Shown piece after piece: positions 22,545 through 27,435 of a DNA stretch of 27,435 nt. The notes beneath the pieces were generated by a model that was given only the letters and a program-made list of their open reading frames with translations, was not told the DNA's origin and did not search any database. The position numbers and the translations under genes were made by a program. The number at the start of each line of letters is the position of its first letter. The stretch's first letter is position 1. Origin of the DNA: a virus. The stretch is taken from UHGV virus genome UHGV-0266262, one strand, 5' to 3'.

Positions 22545-22620
22545 TGGTGCTGGTTAACGGACTTGAACCGCTACCCATTCGCTTACAAGGCGACTGCTCT
22601 ACCATTGGAGCTAAACCAGC
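22545..22620 (-). tRNA. tRNA, 76 nt, CCA encoded; anticodon UGU (Thr) by manual folding
   Basis: Minus strand GCTGGTT-TA-GCTC-CAATGGTA-GAGC-A-GTCGC-CTTGTAA-GCGAA-TGGGT-AGCGG-TTCAAGT-CCGTT-AACCAGC-A-CCA; perfect 7-bp acceptor stem and canonical T-loop. Confidence 0.75.
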
Positions 22621-22625
22621 ATATT

Positions 22626-22700
22626 TGGAGGGGCAGCGTGGACTCGAACCACGATAAGAAGGTTAACGGCCTTCCGTAATGACCTTTATACGACTGACCC
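22626..22700 (-). tRNA. tRNA-like gene, 75 nt, non-canonical (anticodon loop CCGTTAA, apparent GUU, C at position 33; one acceptor-stem mismatch)
   Basis: Perfect T-arm CGTGG-TTCGAGT-CCACG and CCA end; acceptor GGGTCAG/CTGCCCC has one mismatch; 3-bp D-stem. Confidence 0.5.
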
Positions 22701-22746
22701 AAATAAAAAAAGCCACCGTTGCAACTTAAGAGTCACTAACGGCAGC
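22701..22746 (-). terminator. Candidate tR'-like terminator between the late promoter and the tRNA genes
   Basis: Minus-strand RNA GCUGCCGUU...AACGGUGGC (9-bp stem with two G-U pairs, 17-nt loop) followed by UUUUUUUAUUU. Confidence 0.35.
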
Positions 22747-22756
22747 TTACCTTCTA

Positions 22757-22786
22757 ATTATGGCTAAATGGATAATTGCATGTCAA
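22757..22786 (-). promoter_or_regulatory. Candidate late promoter PR' (-35 TTGACA, 18-bp spacer, -10 CATAAT) overlapping the 3' end of Q
   Basis: Sigma-70-like hexamers read on the minus strand immediately downstream of Q, the canonical lambdoid position for PR' and qut. Confidence 0.4.
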
Positions 22787-23282
22787 GACTTTTAACAGCA
22801 ATATGTTTAACTTTCTCAACACGTTTACGCATTTTGAAAGCATTTTGCATTGGTTGGTACAAAACAAATAATGATGCTTTCAGGATGTCGTCAATTTCAT
22901 TTCTACAGGTTGCCAGTGAAGGTTTTCTCCATCCCTCGCCACCACGTCCACACATCTTGCGTGGCTTTGCAGTCGCGTGATAGTAGGATGCAATTGCTCG
23001 CTTAGATGAACCATGAGCGTAGTAGCTGAGGAGGATGCCAAAGGCTTTCTTGTCAATGCACATGACGGAATCAACGACCTGAGAAATCAACATTCCATCA
23101 TCATCATTGCACATTGGCCTTGTCATAATTCTTCCCGGCTCTACGCTCTCCATGAACTTCGCTATTACGCTGCTCATGCGCTTTTCCAGACGACCTGAAT
23201 AAACCCATGCGCCCCACAGTTCAAGCCATCCATTCAGCCAATCGTGCTGTTCTTTGGTGAGGTTTAGTTCTCTTATACCCAT
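22764..23282 (-). CDS. Q: Late-gene antiterminator Q
   Basis: 172 aa; WGAW motif near the N-terminus as in Q proteins of the 82/933W type; located between the nin region and the lysis cassette. Confidence 0.7.
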   Translation of the reverse strand: MGIRELNLTKEQHDWLNGWLELWGAWVYSGRLEKRMSSVIAKFMESVEPGRIMTRPMCNDDDGMLISQVVDSVMCIDKKAFGILLSYYAHGSSKRAIASYYHATAKPRKMCGRGGEGWRKPSLATCRNEIDDILKASLFVLYQPMQNAFKMRKRVEKVKHIAVKSLDMQLSI

Positions 23283-23944
23283 GCGACTTCTCCCTGTACC
23301 TGAATCAATGTGAGGTTTCCGCAGAACACTGCGCCGGTATCGATATACATCTGGTTGGCAAATTTGAGTGGTTTCACTGCTGGCGTATGACCAAAGATGA
23401 ACGTGTCCGCGCCTTTGATTTCTTTCACGATCCCGTCTTGTGAGTTGCTGATTCGTTCGCGGTTCCAGATTATCTGCTGATGATCAACTGGCTTTCCGAA
23501 CTCGTATTCATCACAAGGATAATCGGCGTGGCAGATGACATATTTTTTATCTTTGCTCACCAGTTCGATGATTAACGGAAGTTCTTCTGCTTTATGGGCA
23601 AGAGCTTTAGCCAGAATTTCTTTGTCGTAATCGAGATTAAAGAACCAGCCACCGCCATCAAGCAGCCAGTGATTAACGTTTCCACGCTCTGATAAGCCAT
23701 CAATCATCATTTGCTCATGGTTTCCACGTACAGCTCTGAACCAGGGGAATGTGATTAATTCCAGACATTCGACGTTCTCTGTACCGCGATCAACCAAATC
23801 GCCCACCGAGATAAGCAGGTCTTTTTTGTTGTCGAATCCAATCGTATCCAGTTTGTTCATCAGGTTCGTGTAGCATCCGTGCAGGTCGCCAGCTACCCAA
23901 ATATTTCGGTATTTGCTGCCATCAATTCTTTCGTAGATATTCAT
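23273..23944 (-). CDS. ninI: Ser/Thr protein phosphatase (lambda ORF221 / NinI-like)
   Basis: Metallophosphatase motifs GDLHG, GDLVDRG, GNHE; 223 aa. Confidence 0.85.
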   Translation of the reverse strand: MNIYERIDGSKYRNIWVAGDLHGCYTNLMNKLDTIGFDNKKDLLISVGDLVDRGTENVECLELITFPWFRAVRGNHEQMMIDGLSERGNVNHWLLDGGGWFFNLDYDKEILAKALAHKAEELPLIIELVSKDKKYVICHADYPCDEYEFGKPVDHQQIIWNRERISNSQDGIVKEIKGADTFIFGHTPAVKPLKFANQMYIDTGAVFCGNLTLIQVQGEVAWV

Positions 23945-24555
23945 GCAGCCTCACTTCTGCTGTTTCGCAGTTTTTTAAGTTTCTGTTGATACTCCGCCTT
24001 GATGGTCTTGCACTCTTCGACAGTCCAGCGATGGCGGTTATGGTTTGATTCGATTTCCTCTACTGCTTCCTGCCCGATGCGGCTAATCAGTTCGACGCAA
24101 TACGGAACGAGATTTCCGCTTTTGTGCTGGTTGCACACCACGCATTGCTTGTGAATATTGCGTTCATCAAATCGGAGTTGAGGTGCCGCAGCAGTTGTCC
24201 GGTAATGTCCGGCATCCCACTGAGCAGACGTGAGCGTTCCGCACGAGATACATGGTAAGTCGCGGTCTCTTTCTCTGATGAAGGCGTTTACGGCTTGTTG
24301 GGCTTGTTTAATCCAGTAACTGCGGGGCTTTAAGGCGAGTTTCCGAATCTTAAGTTTATCTTTCTGTTTCTGCTCCTCTCGTCGTCGTTTCTTCTCTGCT
24401 GCTTTTTCCGCTTTTTCGCGTTCTTTACTTCGTCGTTCGAGTGCTATCTTGGTTCCACACTCTGGAGAGCACCACCACTGATTAGCGAATGCAGGGTGAA
24501 ACCATTCCCGGCATTCATCGTTTTTACATCGTCTTCGCGCTGGTTTAGCCATCAT
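23941..24555 (-). CDS. ninG: NinG (Rap) recombination protein
   Basis: 204 aa (lambda NinG 204 aa); Cys-rich with basic coiled region; conserved nin position; ATGA overlap with the phosphatase gene. Confidence 0.8.
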   Translation of the reverse strand: MMAKPARRRCKNDECREWFHPAFANQWWCSPECGTKIALERRSKEREKAEKAAEKKRRREEQKQKDKLKIRKLALKPRSYWIKQAQQAVNAFIRERDRDLPCISCGTLTSAQWDAGHYRTTAAAPQLRFDERNIHKQCVVCNQHKSGNLVPYCVELISRIGQEAVEEIESNHNRHRWTVEECKTIKAEYQQKLKKLRNSRSEAA

Positions 24556-24739
24556 CTTCTTCCTCGTGCATCGAGCTATTCGGATCGCTCATCAGTTCTG
24601 CGCAGCAGTGCTCACACACGTGAACTTCCAGCACATGCAGCTTCTGACCGCAGTTAGCGCACGTTAAAGCTCGCTCGACGCTTTCTTGTTCGTAACTTCG
24701 ATTTGTGTCAATCACCTTGTTTTCCTCATGCGGTTCCAT
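24545..24739 (-). CDS. ninF: NinF-like small Cys-rich protein
   Basis: From ATG 24739: [64 protein letters not shown], matching lambda NinF as recalled. The ORF stays open upstream to 25009 with no stop. Confidence 0.7.
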   Translation of the reverse strand: MEPHEENKVIDTNRSYEQESVERALTCANCGQKLHVLEVHVCEHCCAELMSDPNSSMHEEEDDG

Positions 24740-24854
24740 TTGGCCTGTAACAGCCCGTAGACATAATCGAATGTCTTTACCTGGCTTTCTGTGGGGATTG
24801 GTTTCTTGCGGGATTTGGTGCGTTTGGTAGGAGTAAAAATCAGGTTGTCTAACG

Positions 24855-25028
24855 CTATTTGAGTAACGATTCGTCGCTGTCTCGCCATACGTCCTCCTTT
24901 TCCTGAGGTAGTGGTAACACCCCTGTTGGTGTTCTTTCACACCGGAGACACCATCGATTCCAGTAAGGTTGCCCGGGTCGAAAGCGATCGTCTTCCTTTC
25001 GCTCTCCACATCGATAACAGTGCTTCAT
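24855..25028 (-). CDS. ninD: NinD-like zinc-ribbon protein (57 aa)
   Basis: [14 protein letters not shown]...WCLRCERTP with two CxxC pairs; ATGA overlap with the methyltransferase stop; size equals lambda NinD (57 aa). Sequence identity to lambda NinD not verified. Confidence 0.55.
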   Translation of the reverse strand: MKHCYRCGERKEDDRFRPGQPYWNRWCLRCERTPTGVLPLPQEKEDVWRDSDESLLK

Positions 25029-25615
25029 GCGATCACCATTTTGCATGGTTTAATCGCCATGCCGGGAGCCAGTTCAAAATCGGAGTCGCACTGATTGCCC
25101 CACATATCCCACCCGGTCACTTTGTCGCGGCTAAATAACTCACAGCGCGGCACGTCGCCAAGCAACTTAGCTAACATGTCTCTTACGATCGGTGGTTTTG
25201 CACTGTGCTCCATTCTCGGTGCGGTAAAGTGCTGGCATATTGAAGCGTCCATTCTCTCAGGCAACCGCCCTCGAACAGCAAACAAGCAATCCTCGCTATT
25301 TGCCCGGGTCATATGCCCCATTCCGATCGCACTGTTGCCTTTGTGCTTATTGGTTTTGTGCCAAGTAAAGCCTTTCATAGTCATCAACCTGAATCCCCAC
25401 GCCTCAATTACCTTTAGCGCTTCGGCTGGCTGTGTCGGCACCCACCACATCGCTAACAAGCAAGATTCTGGATCCGCTAAATCCCATACTGGCAGTCGGC
25501 AAATGTCCTGAACATTCATAACATCGTATTTATGTCCAGCACCGCGATTGCCATCGTTGGCTTTGTCGCGATATTGCCAAGGCGGATCTGCGTAAATAAG
25601 TCGGTATTTGTTCAT
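25025..25615 (-). CDS. DNA N6-adenine methyltransferase, MT-A70 family (DPPW motif)
   Basis: 196 aa; N-terminal IYADPPWQY catalytic motif typical of MT-A70 methyltransferases; occupies the ninC position. Confidence 0.85.
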   Translation of the reverse strand: MNKYRLIYADPPWQYRDKANDGNRGAGHKYDVMNVQDICRLPVWDLADPESCLLAMWWVPTQPAEALKVIEAWGFRLMTMKGFTWHKTNKHKGNSAIGMGHMTRANSEDCLFAVRGRLPERMDASICQHFTAPRMEHSAKPPIVRDMLAKLLGDVPRCELFSRDKVTGWDMWGNQCDSDFELAPGMAIKPCKMVIA

Positions 25616-26052
25616 GCAGCTTTATCTCCCCATCTCGCTTTCCACTCCAGAGCCAGTCGCGCTTCGTCTGACCACTTAACGCCACGTTCTGTACCGAATG
25701 CCTGTATAAGCTCTAATAGCTCCGCAAATTCGCTTACACGCATCCTGCTGGTTGACTGGCCTATTACCACAAAGCCATTCCCGGCAAGGTTAGGAACAAC
25801 GTCCTGCTGCTTTAATGCTGCGGTAAACACACACTTCCAGCTTTCTGCATCCAGCCAGCGACCATGCCATTCAACCTGACGAGAGACGTCACCAAGGCAA
25901 GCCCAAAGCTTTCGATTCTGGTCTAAGCTGCGGTTGCGTTCCTGAATGGTTACTACGATTGGTTTGGTTGGGTCTGGAAGGATTTGCTGTACTGCGTGAA
26001 TAGCGTTTTGCTGATGTGCTGGAGATCGAATTTCAAAGGTTAGTTTTTTCAT
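25612..26052 (-). CDS. ninB: NinB recombination protein
   Basis: 146 aa from MKKLTFEIRSPAHQQNAIHAVQQILPDPTKPIVVTIQERNRSLDQNRKLWACLGDVSRQVEWHGR..., near-identical to lambda NinB as recalled; GGAGAGGG upstream. Confidence 0.9.
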   Translation of the reverse strand: MKKLTFEIRSPAHQQNAIHAVQQILPDPTKPIVVTIQERNRSLDQNRKLWACLGDVSRQVEWHGRWLDAESWKCVFTAALKQQDVVPNLAGNGFVVIGQSTSRMRVSEFAELLELIQAFGTERGVKWSDEARLALEWKARWGDKAA

Positions 26053-26069
26053 GACTTCCCTCTCCCCCA

Positions 26070-26100
26070 AATAAAAAGGCCTGCGATTACCAGCAGGCCT
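26070..26100 (-). terminator. tR2-like rho-independent terminator between ren and ninB
   Basis: Plus-strand AGGCCTGC-gattacca-GCAGGCCT; on the minus strand the stem is followed by UUUUUAU. Confidence 0.65.
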
Positions 26101-26125
26101 GTTATTAGCTCAGTGATGTAGATGG

Positions 26126-26416
26126 TCATCTTTTAACTCCATATACCGCCAATACCCGTTTCATCGCGGCACTCTGGCGACACTCCTTAAAAATTAGGTT
26201 CGTGCTCATCTTTCCTTCCCGTTCTTCCTTGGTAGCAAACCGGTAATACACCGTTCGCCAGACCTTACCTTCGATAACCAGAAGACCTGCCCGTGCCATT
26301 TTAGCCGCGGCCTGATTTATGCTGGTTACTGTTGCGCCTGTTAGCGCGGCAACGTCCGGCGCACAGAAGCTATTATGCGTCCCCAGGTAATGAATAATTG
26401 CCTCTTTGCCCGTCAT
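26126..26416 (-). CDS. ren: Ren protein
   Basis: 96 aa MTGKEAIIHYLGTHNSFCAPDVAALTGATVTSINQAAAKMARAGLLVIEGKVWRTVYYRF..., near-identical to lambda Ren as recalled. Confidence 0.9.
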   Translation of the reverse strand: MTGKEAIIHYLGTHNSFCAPDVAALTGATVTSINQAAAKMARAGLLVIEGKVWRTVYYRFATKEEREGKMSTNLIFKECRQSAAMKRVLAVYGVKR

Positions 26417-27114
26417 ACACTTGCTCCTTTCAGTCCGAACTTAGCTTTGAGTTCTGCGATCTTCGCCAGAGCCTGTGCACGATTTAGAGGTCTACCGCCC
26501 ATGACAGGAAGTTGTTTTACTGGTTCAGGGATCGCCTCACCACGGTTAATTCTCGCAGTCATATGGACAAGCTCATCTGCGGCCTTACGGCGTAATTCCG
26601 CATCAGTAAGCGCATTGGCCCGCATGTTCTGATACAGGTTGGTAACCAGCCAGTAGTGCGCGTTTGATTTCCACGGATAAGACTCCGCATCCGGATACAG
26701 GCCTCGCTTCCGGCAATACTCGTAAACCATATCAACCAGCTCGCTGACGTTTGGCAGTCCGGCGATAACGGATGCTTCTTCCCGGCACCATGCAACAAAC
26801 TGCCCGGGTGATGGCAGAAATGGCCGATTCTGCCGACGGGCTACGCGCATTCCTGCGTTAACCTGTTCCATTGTGGTGATCCCGTTTTCCCGGAAAGCCA
26901 GAACCCACTGGCGGCGGATTTCGTTCAGTTCGTTCTGGTCACGGTTAGCCAGACTCGCCGGGAAAGTTGCCAGTAACTGGCTGAACACACCGTTGATGAT
27001 CTGCGCTACCTGCTGTACCTGCGGCTTTTCGTCGTACTGTTCCGGCATGTTGTTGGCGATCCTACGCATCTGCTCACGGTCAAAGTTAACCATCTGTGCG
27101 GCGATGTTTTTCAT
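26413..27114 (-). CDS. P: Replication protein P (DnaB helicase loader)
   Basis: 233 aa (lambda P 233 aa); sequence recognisable as lambda P; ATGA overlap with ren. Confidence 0.9.
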   Translation of the reverse strand: MKNIAAQMVNFDREQMRRIANNMPEQYDEKPQVQQVAQIINGVFSQLLATFPASLANRDQNELNEIRRQWVLAFRENGITTMEQVNAGMRVARRQNRPFLPSPGQFVAWCREEASVIAGLPNVSELVDMVYEYCRKRGLYPDAESYPWKSNAHYWLVTNLYQNMRANALTDAELRRKAADELVHMTARINRGEAIPEPVKQLPVMGGRPLNRAQALAKIAELKAKFGLKGASV

Positions 27115-27435
27115 AGATCCACCCCGTAAATCCAGTCTGTGTTTGTCAGGTCGAGTTTTGGTTTGCTGGCTGTCACGACTGCCTGTTGCTTGTTACGGTT
27201 GATTTCGAGCTGGGTCCACTTGTCGCGGAGTTTGGCCGGGCTAAGCACGTTACCGGACCAGAAGTTGTCCTGGCATGCCCAGCGGAACAGCACGCACATG
27301 TCGCGGTGGTTACGTCCGTCACGTTCACGCATCAGGCGGATATCGTTAGCCCACCCTGCAAAATTCGGTTTTCTGGCTGATGGCGCGATGGTCTTCACCA
27401 TGTCAAACATCCACTCTGCGGCGGTCAGGTCTTCT
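27111..27435 (-). CDS. O: Replication initiator O, C-terminal part (gene continues beyond the window edge)
   Basis: C-terminus ...KPKLDLTNTDWIYGVDL matches lambda O; reading frame open to position 27435. Confidence 0.85.
   Translation of the reverse strand, partial: EDLTAAEWMFDMVKTIAPSARKPNFAGWANDIRLMRERDGRNHRDMCVLFRWACQDNFWSGNVLSPAKLRDKWTQLEINRNKQQAVVTASKPKLDLTNTDWIYGVDL

Noticed and set aside
22451-22657. 68-aa plus-strand ORF across the tRNA region
   Set aside because: It is the reverse complement of the two tRNA genes; the reading frame is incidental.

Overview
The window reads as most of a mosaic P22/Sf6-like (podovirus-type) prophage of an enterobacterial host, almost all on the minus strand. 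From high to low coordinates: a lambda-like replication and nin region (O C-terminus, P, ren, tR2-like terminator, ninB, MT-A70 methyltransferase, ninD-like, ninF, ninG, Ser/Thr phosphatase), a Q antiterminator with a PR'-like promoter, two tRNA genes, a phage-21-type pinholin/SAR-endolysin/Rz/Rz1 lysis cassette, a small gene whose 3' end is disrupted by an IS100-like IS21-family insertion (1954 bp, 6-bp target duplication, istB with an in-frame stop), a small AT-rich accessory locus, then the Sf6-like headful packaging and head module (terS, terL, portal, scaffold, coat, gp4/gp10/gp26/gp14 and three ejection proteins), a second accessory island, and a chimeric tailspike. The most interesting part is the island between the last ejection-protein gene and the tailspike (about 2822-4603): an orphan Mnt repressor with an operator-like palindrome but no arc/ant, a 59-aa conserved small protein, a 121-aa HExxH protein, and an AT-rich polytopic membrane protein at the position where P22 carries sieA. 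I could not run any searches, so all homology calls rest on recognising motifs and recalled sequences; none of the genes can be assigned to a known defence system, and the island is only a candidate superinfection-exclusion or defence locus.
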